A stretch of 36,261 nt of DNA from assembly GCA_051872175.1 (NCBI GenBank), contig JBJEDP010000071.1:1-36261 (forward strand), written 5' to 3'. This stretch comes from Candidatus Limisoma sp. (GTDB taxonomy: Bacteria > Bacteroidota > Bacteroidia > Bacteroidales > Muribaculaceae). Below the pieces are notes generated by a model that saw only the letters and a program-made list of their open reading frames with translations, did not search any database and had not been told where the DNA came from. Positions 25,297 to 33,683 of this stretch are shown here, piece by piece; within the stretch, counting starts at the first letter, position 1, and each line of letters starts with the position of its first letter. The position numbers and the translations under genes were made by a program.

Positions 25297-28265
25297 TGTT
25301 GGCACCTCCACATTGATTGGTAGACCAGGCCGAAGATACCTGCACGGGCGCCGACGCGCGAAAATGCCGGATTGTTGCGGCTCGGGCAAACACGGTTGCT
25401 GAGAAATACGTAGATTATGTCGTTTTTCGGGTCAATCCAAAAGGCACTGCCTGTAAAGCCCGTGTGCCCGACCACCGACGCGTCGGCTTCGGGGCACGTC
25501 GTGGAGTATTCCGGGTTGGGGATGTAAGGCTTGTCGAAACCGAGTCCGCGATGCGAATTTTTGCTTTGGGCGGTTACGAACGTGTTGACGGTTCGGTCGG
25601 AAAGGATGTTGACGCCGCCGTATTTTCCGTGTTCGAGGAGCATTCCGCAGTATTTAGCGAGGTCGGTTGCCGTGGCGAAGAGTCCGGCATTGCCTTGCAC
25701 GCCGCCCGAGAATGCAGCCGTTTCGTCGTGGACGGTGCCGTTGATAATTCCGTCGCGAAAGTAGTTGTCCATCTCCGTACCGGCAATTTCCGCCGATGAG
25801 AAACGGCTGAGCGGGCGGTAGCACATGCGGTGTGCGCCGAGCGGGCGGAATATGTTGTCGGCAACGTATTGGTCGTGGGGTGTTTTCGTGACGTTTTCTT
25901 CGGCTTCCATCAGTAGGCAGAAGTTGAGGCAACTGTAGACGTATTTTCGGTCTTTGCGGAGCGCGATGTTGTGGATGTGTTGCATGATTGTGTCGTAGGT
26001 GAGTTGCCCGACGAACAGATTTTTGCCGAGTTGATAGTTGAACCGTTTTGTGCGAGTTGCCGAGGTTATGTCGCGGCGAGGCTTAGCCGTGGCGTTGATG
26101 AATGCGCCACCGGCTTGGAACGGGTATTTGTCCGACTTTTTGCCGACGGAGAGGCTGCCTTTGTAGCTTGCCGTGTCGGTCATAATTTTGTACATATTCA
26201 GCGACGGTGGCATTCCCGTTTCGTGGTAGAGATAGTTTTGTATCGGTTGGTCGCCTTTCGCCGTGCCTTTCAAGCCTTTGATGTAAGAGCCGAGCGGAGT
26301 GTTGATGTCGAGCAGGTTGTCGTCGACGGCTTTCATAATGCCGGGTAGCGTACCTGCCGCTTTCGACACCGAAGCAAGGTCGAAGAGCGTATTCGATGTC
26401 ACTTTTTGACGCTTTGTGTTGTCGGTATAGCCGTAGTTGCGGTCGAAAACGATAACGCCGTTTTTCGCCACGAGCACTTGACATCCCGTGTAGGCGCCTT
26501 GCGCCAAACCTTCGCGGGCGAGCGAGTCGGCTTGGAACACAAATCGACTGTCGAGTCCCACTTCTTCCGCCATGCCGTAGCCGAGGCGAGAGGGATGAAG
26601 AATGATGCCGTCGCCGCATTTAGCCACGCCGTTGATGGTTACCGGCACGTGTCCGCTAACTTCGCATCCGCCGAAAATCGCTTGTGCGGCGTATTCTTGC
26701 GCATAGCGATGTCGCTCGTAGGCGAGCACGGCGGTATGGCATTTCGAGATAGTCCATTTGTGCTTGCTCAGCGTGTACGGTTTGGTGAAAAACACCGGAA
26801 CGACCTTCGCCGCGCCGGCGGTTTGTACGATAGAGCGCATAACGTCGGCTGCCCAAGCTTCGTCGGTGTAGATGCCGACAATCACCGTGGCGGCGTTCTT
26901 GATTTTCTCGACGGGGATTGCGCCGGTGGCGGCATTTGCGCGGGTTATGTCTGTGTAGCGGCTGCACGCGTCGGCGAAAGTGTTATTTTCGTTTTTGTTG
27001 CCTACGTTGACGACGAGAGTGCGTTTGTCGAGATGCTTTACGGGTAGCGCCTCATCCTCGTTTTTGAGGACGGTTATGGCTGCGTGGTAGAGCCGACGCA
27101 TAGTCAGTTCGGCTTGTCGCGTGTTGATTCGGCTGAGCAGACCGTTGGTGTCGACGGGGCGGCGATTGGCAATGCCAAGTGCGTATTTATAAGCGAGAAT
27201 TTTGCGGCACGATTCGTCGATGAGTCGCCTGTCGTCTTTGTTGTGCTTGTAGGCTTTGAGCATCTCCTTGAAGTTGAGTTCGAGGTTGTAAGGCTCGAGC
27301 AGCACGTTGGCTCCGGCGCGCATAGCGAGCAGTCCGTTCGCCTTTCCTTCGACGCGAGCGCCTTTCATCGTAAGAGCGTCGGTGAAGACCAGCCCGTCGA
27401 ATTTCAGTTCTTTTTTGAGGAGTTCGTTGCCGACCGATTTGCAGAGCGACGACGGATGGTGCCCGGTTTTGAGTGCCGGGATGTTGAGGTGCCCAATCAT
27501 CACGCCCGAGAGTCCGGCGTTGATGTAGTTTCGGAATGGCACGATGTCGGTTGCCTGAAGGTCGACGAGCGAGCGGTCGACGAGCGGCAGCGTCTTGTGC
27601 GAGTCCGACTGCGTGTCGCCGTGCCCGGGGAAGTGCTTAGCCACCGACATGATGCCGTTGTCTTCGAGCCCGCGCGAGTAGGCGATCGCTTTGCTGCTCA
27701 CGTTTTTAGGGTCTTCGCCGAACGAGCGCGTTCCGATGACGGGGTTGCGCGGATTACTGTTGACGTCGAGCACGGGCGCAAAGTTGATGTTTATGCCCAT
27801 TTGTCGGCATTCGGCAGCCATTTCCGCGCCATATTCGTAGAGCAGGCTTTCGTCGCGGATAGCGCCGAGAGTCATGTTTCGCGGAAACTGCGGCGTGTCT
27901 TTTATTCTCATCGAAAGTCCCCATTCGCCGTCGATACCCACTAATACCGGCACCTGCGAGAGTTCGTTGGTGTAGTTACCCAGCGAGGCATAGTTGACGG
28001 CGTCGCCAGGACTGAAGTAGATGCAGCCGATGTGGTAGCGTTCGACGAGCATTTTGATTTCTTTCTTTGCTTCGGCGAGTTGTTTGGGGTTGACGGCTTG
28101 CGCAATGAGTTGTCCGATGCGATGTTCGGCGTCCATCGTTGCCATAACGCTGTCTGCCCAAGCGTAGGCTGCACGTTCGTCGGTGAGTACGATGGTTTTG
28201 CCTTTGGCACTCGCGTTGAGCGCCAAAAGCAAAACAATGGTTAGAATCAGGAGTTTCGATTTCAT
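25293..28265 (-). CDS. Exported fusion protein: GH3 N-terminal domain (NagZ-like beta-N-acetylhexosaminidase) plus a beta-lactamase-family serine hydrolase
   Basis: Signal MKSKLLILTIVLLLALNASA. GH3 blocks GIDGEWGLSMR, KHFPGHGDT and LVFTDALTMKG. The C-terminal domain has the SxxK motif (FDLASVSKAAG) and GHTGFTGS. Confidence 0.85.
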   Translation of the reverse strand: MKSKLLILTIVLLLALNASAKGKTIVLTDERAAYAWADSVMATMDAEHRIGQLIAQAVNPKQLAEAKKEIKMLVERYHIGCIYFSPGDAVNYASLGNYTNELSQVPVLVGIDGEWGLSMRIKDTPQFPRNMTLGAIRDESLLYEYGAEMAAECRQMGININFAPVLDVNSNPRNPVIGTRSFGEDPKNVSSKAIAYSRGLEDNGIMSVAKHFPGHGDTQSDSHKTLPLVDRSLVDLQATDIVPFRNYINAGLSGVMIGHLNIPALKTGHHPSSLCKSVGNELLKKELKFDGLVFTDALTMKGARVEGKANGLLAMRAGANVLLEPYNLELNFKEMLKAYKHNKDDRRLIDESCRKILAYKYALGIANRRPVDTNGLLSRINTRQAELTMRRLYHAAITVLKNEDEALPVKHLDKRTLVVNVGNKNENNTFADACSRYTDITRANAATGAIPVEKIKNAATVIVGIYTDEAWAADVMRSIVQTAGAAKVVPVFFTKPYTLSKHKWTISKCHTAVLAYERHRYAQEYAAQAIFGGCEVSGHVPVTINGVAKCGDGIILHPSRLGYGMAEEVGLDSRFVFQADSLAREGLAQGAYTGCQVLVAKNGVIVFDRNYGYTDNTKRQKVTSNTLFDLASVSKAAGTLPGIMKAVDDNLLDINTPLGSYIKGLKGTAKGDQPIQNYLYHETGMPPSLNMYKIMTDTASYKGSLSVGKKSDKYPFQAGGAFINATAKPRRDITSATRTKRFNYQLGKNLFVGQLTYDTIMQHIHNIALRKDRKYVYSCLNFCLLMEAEENVTKTPHDQYVADNIFRPLGAHRMCYRPLSRFSSAEIAGTEMDNYFRDGIINGTVHDETAAFSGGVQGNAGLFATATDLAKYCGMLLEHGKYGGVNILSDRTVNTFVTAQSKNSHRGLGFDKPYIPNPEYSTTCPEADASVVGHTGFTGSAFWIDPKNDIIYVFLSNRVCPSRNNPAFSRVGARAGIFGLVYQSMWRCQQ

Positions 28266-28290
28266 TAATTGTATGTACCGGTTTGTGGGA

Positions 28291-29808
28291 TTATTCTAAA
28301 ACGATGCGCGGCGTAGTGTCGGGGTTGATAGATTCGCCGCGGGCGGTCATTTCTTTGATGATGTCGATGACGTTGTATTTGAGTTGCTTTTCGCTCATTC
28401 CGATTTGTTTACCGCGGGTGAAAGCCACCATGTTGTCGCCACCGTTGGCGAGGTAGTCGAGAGTAGCCACGACGTAAGTGCGTTCGGGGTCGAGCGGCTC
28501 GCCGTTGATGGTAATGTCGTATGCCCGGTGGTCTTTCATCTTTGCACGGACGCCGGCGCTAACGGCATCGCCGTCGCGAGCAGCCATCGAGTTGAACGCT
28601 TCGGCAATGTCTTTTCCGGAGAGTTCGATGACGGTCGCATAGTTTTCGAAGGGAAGCATGGTGAGCATTTGCCCCATAGTTACGTCGCCGACGGTCAGCG
28701 GACGGCGCACGCCGCCTTTATTGCCCACGGCGAAGTCGATTTTGCGGTCGGTCAAGGTTGTGCCGATTTCCAGGATTTTGTCGGCAACCCAGTTAGAGAG
28801 CGGGTTCATTTCGCCGTTGGGAAATTCCGCTTCCGAACGACCGATGACGACGCCTGCGAGTTTGTCGACTTCGGCGGTATACGGCTTGAGGAATCGCTCA
28901 ACAGAGCCGTCGCTGCGGCTATCGAGGCGCGAGTTGATGGCAATGAGTTCGCTGCGCGGCATTTCGGTAATGTTGTCAAGGTCGATTGTTATTTTGCCCA
29001 AGTAACGACCGTAACGTCCGGTTTGCGCCACAAGCACTTTCTTTCCGGCGCGGTTGGTAAACACGTTCTTGACGTCGCCTTTACGCGGGTCGATGACGGT
29101 GTGAGAGTGTCCGCCGATGATAACGTCGATGTCGGTGCTGTTCTTCGCCAACAGCGTGTCGTTGGGGAGCCAAGGCTCGTCGGCAACGTAGCCGATGTGT
29201 GAAAGTACGACCACGAGGTCGGCTTTTTTCTTTGTTTTGAGGACTGTTGCGAGGCTGTCGGCAACCGCGATTGCGTCGCGATAGCCCATTCCAACGCAGT
29301 TTTTGTCGGAAATCATACCTTTAGGCTGGCATCCGACGCCGATGAAGGCGATGCGGCGACCGCAGAATTTCTTGATGGCGTATTCTTTGACGCCTTTTAC
29401 CGGAGTGCGGCGAAAATCGTAGTTAGCCGACAATTTGGTGGCTTTGAGGCGTTTGTAGTTTTTGGCAAGTGCTTCGATTCCGTTGTCGAATTCGTGGTTG
29501 CCCGGGATGGCGATGTCGTAGCCGAGGATGTTCATGACGTTGTATTCCACTTCGCCGCCGAAGACGTTGAAGTAGAGATAGCCTTGTACGTCGTCGCCGG
29601 CGTCGACGAGTAGGGTGTGCTTTTCGGCGGCGCGAATGCTGTCGATTACGACTTTCATTCGGGCTGAACCGCCGTCATCTTTTACTTTTTCGACTGCCAC
29701 GTGACCGTGGACGTCGTTGCTATGCATTATCACGAGGCTTTCCGCCTGGGCTGCCGCACTGATTGTCAATGCAGCGATAGTTGCGATAAATAATTTAGTT
29801 GTTTTCAT
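28291..29808 (-). CDS. Bifunctional metallophosphatase / 5'-nucleotidase (UshA-like), exported
   Basis: Signal MKTTKLFIATIAALTISAAAQA. Calcineurin-like motifs HSNDVHGH, AGDDVQG, GNHEFD and GGHSH, followed by a C-terminal 5'-nucleotidase domain. Confidence 0.88.
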   Translation of the reverse strand: MKTTKLFIATIAALTISAAAQAESLVIMHSNDVHGHVAVEKVKDDGGSARMKVVIDSIRAAEKHTLLVDAGDDVQGYLYFNVFGGEVEYNVMNILGYDIAIPGNHEFDNGIEALAKNYKRLKATKLSANYDFRRTPVKGVKEYAIKKFCGRRIAFIGVGCQPKGMISDKNCVGMGYRDAIAVADSLATVLKTKKKADLVVVLSHIGYVADEPWLPNDTLLAKNSTDIDVIIGGHSHTVIDPRKGDVKNVFTNRAGKKVLVAQTGRYGRYLGKITIDLDNITEMPRSELIAINSRLDSRSDGSVERFLKPYTAEVDKLAGVVIGRSEAEFPNGEMNPLSNWVADKILEIGTTLTDRKIDFAVGNKGGVRRPLTVGDVTMGQMLTMLPFENYATVIELSGKDIAEAFNSMAARDGDAVSAGVRAKMKDHRAYDITINGEPLDPERTYVVATLDYLANGGDNMVAFTRGKQIGMSEKQLKYNVIDIIKEMTARGESINPDTTPRIVLE

Positions 29809-29880
29809 AGAGGTATGGTTTAATCATACGAATTTACGAATAATAATCGGCACGGCGAGGCAGTTGTTGGTTTAATTAAC

Positions 29881-29914
29881 ATATAATAACAAAACAGGAC
29901 GCCGAGGCGCCCTG
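29881..29914 (-). terminator. Orphan minus-strand intrinsic terminator
   Basis: GC-rich hairpin at 29895-29914 (CAGGACGC cgag GCGCCCTG, one mismatch). On the minus strand it is followed by TTTTGTTATTATAT (reverse complement of 29881-29894). No minus-strand gene ends next to it; the nearest is the nuclease gene ending at 30766. Confidence 0.5.
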
Positions 29915-29942
29915 TGAGGTAAGAGAAAAATAGATGCGAATG

Positions 29943-29974
29943 TTTGCTAATATGGAAACAAAGTACTAACTTTG
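29943..29974 (+). promoter_or_regulatory. Candidate promoter of the HigB/HigA-like cassette
   Basis: TTTG (29943-29946), a 20-nt spacer, then TAACTTTG (29967-29974), matching the Bacteroides -33/-7 consensus. This places the TTG start used by the ORF track (29972) inside the promoter and favours ATG 29993. Confidence 0.55.
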
Positions 29975-29992
29975 CGGCGTAAGAGATGCACT

Positions 29993-30334
29993 ATGAACGG
30001 ACAGTCGATAACGATAATGCTAAGCGAAGAGGCGAAAGCATTTATAAAACAACAGCCTCTTAAGGCTCAACAGAAGATATACTACAATATCTTCAAGGTA
30101 GAGGGCGGCATTATGGATAAGGAGCTTTTCAAGAAGTTGGAGAACTCCGAAATATGGGAATTGCGTACTCTATTCTCCGGCATTAGTTACCGCTTGTTTG
30201 CCTTTTGGGATAATGATATAAAGGCAATGGTAATTGTTACGCATGGGATAGTCAAAAAGACTCAGAAAACGCCCAAGAAAGAGATAGCAAAGGCAGAGAG
30301 GATAAGACAGGAATATTACAACGAAAAAAAATAA
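29993..30334 (+). CDS. RelE/ParE-superfamily toxin, Gp49/HigB-like
   Basis: WELRTLFSGISYRLFAFWDNDIKAMVIVTHGIVKKTQKTPKKEIAKAERIRQEY matches the Gp49-like toxin pattern (elR..yRl.y....v.l.hgF.KKtqktP..ei..A). The toxin-first gene order is typical of HigBA. Confidence 0.8.
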   Translation: MNGQSITIMLSEEAKAFIKQQPLKAQQKIYYNIFKVEGGIMDKELFKKLENSEIWELRTLFSGISYRLFAFWDNDIKAMVIVTHGIVKKTQKTPKKEIAKAERIRQEYYNEKK

Positions 30335-30673
30335 ATGACGATGGCAAAGATGAAATTTACACCGGCTGACGAGATGAAAGACGAACTTTGGGGACCGATA
30401 GGTACACCGGCGCGTGACGCGATGGAATCGCAACTCAAAGAGGACATACAATCCTACTTTGTCGGAGAAGCAATAAAGAAAGCACGCCTCAAGCAGAACT
30501 TGACGCAAGAAGAGTTAGGCGAAAGAGTTGGCGTAAAACGCTCGCAAATATGCAAGTTGGAGAGCGGTAAAAGTTCAATAACCTTATCCACTATGAGTAA
30601 AGTGTTCAAGGCATTGGGCATTGCTACGGCTACGCTTGATTTGGGTATAGGCGGGAAAGTTGCTTTGTGGTAA
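30335..30673 (+). CDS. XRE-family HTH antitoxin, HigA-like
   Basis: The ATG directly abuts the toxin stop (TAAATG). The HTH reads IKKARLKQNLTQEELGERVGVKRSQICKLESGKSSITLSTMSKVFKALG. Confidence 0.8.
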   Translation: MTMAKMKFTPADEMKDELWGPIGTPARDAMESQLKEDIQSYFVGEAIKKARLKQNLTQEELGERVGVKRSQICKLESGKSSITLSTMSKVFKALGIATATLDLGIGGKVALW

Positions 30674-30755
30674 GAGGTAAGAGCTAAGAGGTAAGAGGTA
30701 AGAGTGGAGAGATTATATTTCGGAGTTTTTTACTCTTACCTCTCCTCTCTTACCT
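30668..30755. repeat. Heptamer array on the + strand (30668-30709) and an inverted 3-unit array (30733-30755) that together form a long imperfect hairpin between convergent genes
   Basis: Plus-strand units are TGGTAAG, AGGTAAG, AGCTAAG, AGGTAAG, AGGTAAG and AGTGGAG, and the HigA-like stop TAA (30671-30673) lies in the first unit. Minus-strand units are AGGTAAG, AGAGGAG and AGGTAAG, starting 10 nt after the nuclease stop. Positions 30694-30704 pair perfectly with 30733-30743 (11 bp), further pairs follow after an internal loop, and the apical loop is 28 nt. Confidence 0.85.
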
Positions 30756-30765
30756 TTCCACTATT

Positions 30766-32448
30766 CTAATATCCCACCATTACTTTGATGGGTTTTGTTG
30801 CTTGGTCGGTTACGACGATGTAAGCGCCGAAGGGGAGCAGCACGCATGTGCCGTTCTCGATTTGCGGAATTACGGAAACGGTGCGTCCGGTCATGTCGAT
30901 GATGCGTGCGTTGGTGTGGATGTCGGAGCAACGGAATTCCAATCCGTTTTGAATCGGGCTGACAGCCAACGGACGGCATTCGATGCCGGCAGCGCTGCTG
31001 AATGCAATGCTGATGACGTTCGACTGTGACGAATTCAAGCCGCAGCGCGACGATTGTACTGTGTAGGTGTAGTTTGCACCTTTCTTGGCGTCGAAGAAGT
31101 CAAGATAGTTGGAGTCGTCGTCTGTAGTTATTGTCAAGTCGGTGCGATTTCCGTCGAGATATTCCGAGATGTTGACCACGTAGTAGTCGATGGTAGCCGG
31201 GTTTGCGGGGCGTTCCCAGTTGCAGCGGAAGCCTGTGTCGCTGAAGTTGGAAGCGGATGTCGCAACCGGCGTGTCGAACGTGGGAAGGTCGACGGCATTG
31301 CCGGTAAGGTTGATGGTGTAGCAAGTGGTGCCTACGAGACCGCCGTCGTAGATTAGCAGCTTCGCCGAGTTGCTGCCGAGTGCCGTAGGCGAATAGGTTA
31401 CGGTGAGGTCGAAACCGCTTTCGTTAACGGTTTTCCAAGGCACGGTCGTTACCGAAGTTGCGAACACGGCTTTGTCGGTGCCTGAGAGCGTAAGCGACAG
31501 GTCTTTTGTGAGCGTACCACGGATAGGAATTGTAATTTTCTTCGAATAACCTTTAACAACGTCGCCGAAGTCGACCGTTGAGTTGTTGGCGGGAGCGATG
31601 AGCGTGCCTTCGCCAATCGGAGGAAGTTCGCCGGCGGAGAAGGGTTGTCCCATCATGTTACCCCAAATGTATTCAACGAGTTCGGGATAGTCAATAAACG
31701 GGTTGCGGTTATATTGTATTTTGTAGACTTCGTCGTTGCGCTTTGTCTCTTTTTCGCTCACGGGGTCGTTGCGGTGCCATTTGAGAAGCAAGTCGATAGC
31801 CCAACCTTGCATAGACGGGTAGTCGCCGTTGCGCGCCACGTAGGTGTATTTCCATGTGAGATGCGAGTAGCAGGTTACCATATAGAAATATGTGCGCGCG
31901 AAGTCGCCTTTATATTCGTCGGCGGGTTCGTAGACATATTTAGCGCCGCCGCCTTGACCTTCAACGGGGTTTCCGACGAGGCTAACGCCGTTGTCGTAAG
32001 TGATGTTGTTGGGGTCGACTTCGCCGAGCGGGTAGTTGTTTTTCGCCGTGTTGGCAGGACCGTCCGACGGGTAAAGGTGGTTGCAGTCGGTGTAGGCATC
32101 GTTTTCGTCGCCGCCCCACCAGCTTTTCGGGAAGCTGTGTTCGCAGTTCATGCCGGACCAAGTGATTGCGCTACCGGAATAAACTTGACGTTTGATGTCG
32201 GAGTACATATCCCACCAAGTGCCGTCGTCGCGCACGTCGGTGTGGACGAAGCAGTTCTTGAACAACCCGGTGTAGCTGTTGCTGTTGCCGGTGTTGATGA
32301 TTTGGTGCAATTTTGCTTTCAGAGCGGCGTCGGTAAGTCCGCTGATGCCGTCATAGTAGCCTGATGGCGCTGCGGCATCGGCTGAAAATGAGCCTGCAAC
32401 AACGGCAATTGCAAAGGCTATGCGTCGAATGATTTTTGTCGTTTTCAT
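30766..32448 (-). CDS. Secreted endonuclease I-family nuclease with Ig/Fn3-like middle domains and a T9SS C-terminal sorting domain
   Basis: Signal MKTTKIIRRIAFAIAVVAGSFSADA. Endonuclease-I blocks MNCEHSFPKSWWGG and YNRNPFIDYPEL. The last ~75 aa (ARIIDMTGRTVSV...GAYIVVTDQATKPIKVMVGY) fit the T9SS CTD pattern. Confidence 0.8.
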   Translation of the reverse strand: MKTTKIIRRIAFAIAVVAGSFSADAAAPSGYYDGISGLTDAALKAKLHQIINTGNSNSYTGLFKNCFVHTDVRDDGTWWDMYSDIKRQVYSGSAITWSGMNCEHSFPKSWWGGDENDAYTDCNHLYPSDGPANTAKNNYPLGEVDPNNITYDNGVSLVGNPVEGQGGGAKYVYEPADEYKGDFARTYFYMVTCYSHLTWKYTYVARNGDYPSMQGWAIDLLLKWHRNDPVSEKETKRNDEVYKIQYNRNPFIDYPELVEYIWGNMMGQPFSAGELPPIGEGTLIAPANNSTVDFGDVVKGYSKKITIPIRGTLTKDLSLTLSGTDKAVFATSVTTVPWKTVNESGFDLTVTYSPTALGSNSAKLLIYDGGLVGTTCYTINLTGNAVDLPTFDTPVATSASNFSDTGFRCNWERPANPATIDYYVVNISEYLDGNRTDLTITTDDDSNYLDFFDAKKGANYTYTVQSSRCGLNSSQSNVISIAFSSAAGIECRPLAVSPIQNGLEFRCSDIHTNARIIDMTGRTVSVIPQIENGTCVLLPFGAYIVVTDQATKPIKVMVGY

Positions 32449-32488
32449 ACTTTGTTAGTTCTACGGACCGATTCTAAGGCGGTAACTG

Positions 32489-32518
32489 CAAAGGTACGCA
32501 ATTTTGCTGAAAATCAAA
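32489..32518 (-). promoter_or_regulatory. Candidate promoter of the nuclease gene
   Basis: On the minus strand: TTTG (reverse complement of 32515-32518), an 18-nt spacer, then TACCTTTG (reverse complement of 32489-32496). The ATG at 32448 is about 40 nt downstream. Confidence 0.55.
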
Positions 32519-32560
32519 CTATTTCGGCTTAATTTTTTGCTTTTAGTGCAATTTTTTGGT

Positions 32561-33673
32561 CTATTTGATTCCGATTTTGTTAAAATAGTAGTCGAGCACT
32601 TCGCGAGCGGCGACAAACGAACTTTGCCGATGGTCGAGCACGTTTTTCTTTTTAAGTTTGAGCATAGCCTCGATTTCCGGGTCTTGGTAGAAGTTTGCTT
32701 TGAGGTTGTCGTTGATGGTTTCGTACATCCAGTATTTCTCTTGCTCGGTGCGTCGGCGCTCGAAGTAGCCGTTGGCTTTGACGAACTCGAAATAGCGGTC
32801 AATCATGTCCCACACTTCGGCGATTCCGAGTTCGTAGTAGCCGGAGTAGGTAAGCACTTCGGGCATCCATCCTGATGCGGGCATTGGGAAGAGGTGGAGC
32901 GCGCTTTGGAATTGCGCTTTGGCGAGCATGGCGCGGTCGATGTTGTCGCCGTCGGCTTTGTTGATGACGATTCCGTCAGCCATTTCCATGATTCCGCGTT
33001 TGATACCTTGGAGTTCGTCGCCGGTGCCTGCGAGTTGGATAAGCAAGAAGAAGTCGACCATCGAGTGGACGGCGGTTTCGCTTTGACCGACGCCGACGGT
33101 TTCGACGAAGATATTGTTATAGCCGGCGGCTTCGCAGAGCACGATTGTTTCGCGGGTTTTTCGAGCCACACCGCCGAGCGAGCCTGCCGACGGGCTGGGG
33201 CGGATGAACGCGTTGGGGTGGAGCGACAGTTTCTCCATACGAGTTTTGTCGCCGAGGATACTGCCCTTGGTGAGTTCGCTACTGGGGTCGATGGCGAGCA
33301 CGGCGAGGCGTCCGCCGTCTTTGAGGACGTGCAGACCGAAGACGTCGATTGACGTACTTTTTCCGGCGCCTGGTACGCCTGTGATGCCGATGCGGCGAGA
33401 ATTTCCGGCGTAGGGAAGGCATTTCTCGATAACTTCTTGTGCGATGCATTGGTGCTCGGGCACTTGGCTTTCGACAAGAGTGACGGCGCGGCTCAGCATG
33501 GTGACATCACCGCGAAGGATGCCTTCGACATATTCTGCAGCAGTGGCGATGCGTTTGCGTTTGCGCGGTTTGAGGTATGGGTTCACTTTGGGAGGCTCGG
33601 GCACTCCGCTGTTGACGGTCAGACCTAAGTATTCGTCGCTGTTTTCCGGGTGGTGTGTATCGATGTTGTCCAT
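32561..33673 (-). CDS. meaB: Methylmalonyl-CoA mutase-associated G3E GTPase MeaB/ArgK
   Basis: P-loop GITGVPGAGKST, VETVGVGQSE and the NKxD block VINKADGDN. The first ATG is 33673 (MDNIDTHH). The ORF-track start 33697 is a TTG that would overlap the upstream gene. Confidence 0.88.
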   Translation of the reverse strand: MDNIDTHHPENSDEYLGLTVNSGVPEPPKVNPYLKPRKRKRIATAAEYVEGILRGDVTMLSRAVTLVESQVPEHQCIAQEVIEKCLPYAGNSRRIGITGVPGAGKSTSIDVFGLHVLKDGGRLAVLAIDPSSELTKGSILGDKTRMEKLSLHPNAFIRPSPSAGSLGGVARKTRETIVLCEAAGYNNIFVETVGVGQSETAVHSMVDFFLLIQLAGTGDELQGIKRGIMEMADGIVINKADGDNIDRAMLAKAQFQSALHLFPMPASGWMPEVLTYSGYYELGIAEVWDMIDRYFEFVKANGYFERRRTEQEKYWMYETINDNLKANFYQDPEIEAMLKLKKKNVLDHRQSSFVAAREVLDYYFNKIGIK

Positions 33674-33683
33674 AGCGGGATGA

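Noticed and set aside
27084-27944. Numerous 70-290-aa ORFs antisense or out of frame within the GH3 fusion, 5'-nucleotidase, helicase, nuclease, meaB, HTCS and GH32 genes. Examples are 815-1624, 2949-3761, 6595-7161, 24775-25287, 28384-29202, 31645-32364, 32803-33477 and 33958-34656.
   Set aside because: Each overlaps a longer ORF with strong family motifs. The compositions are Arg/Val/His-rich or Ser/Thr/Pro/Arg-rich, as expected from off-frame translation of GC3-rich genes.
17066-30755. The idea that the two heptamer arrays mark the ends of a single 13.6-kb genomic island.
   Set aside because: Most of the interval (20.1-29.8 kb) has the same high GC and codon style as sprA and encodes ordinary core-type functions. 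Only the two small cassettes next to the arrays are compositionally foreign. A third, inverted array also follows an unrelated gene, so the arrays look like a dispersed 3'-end repeat rather than island termini.
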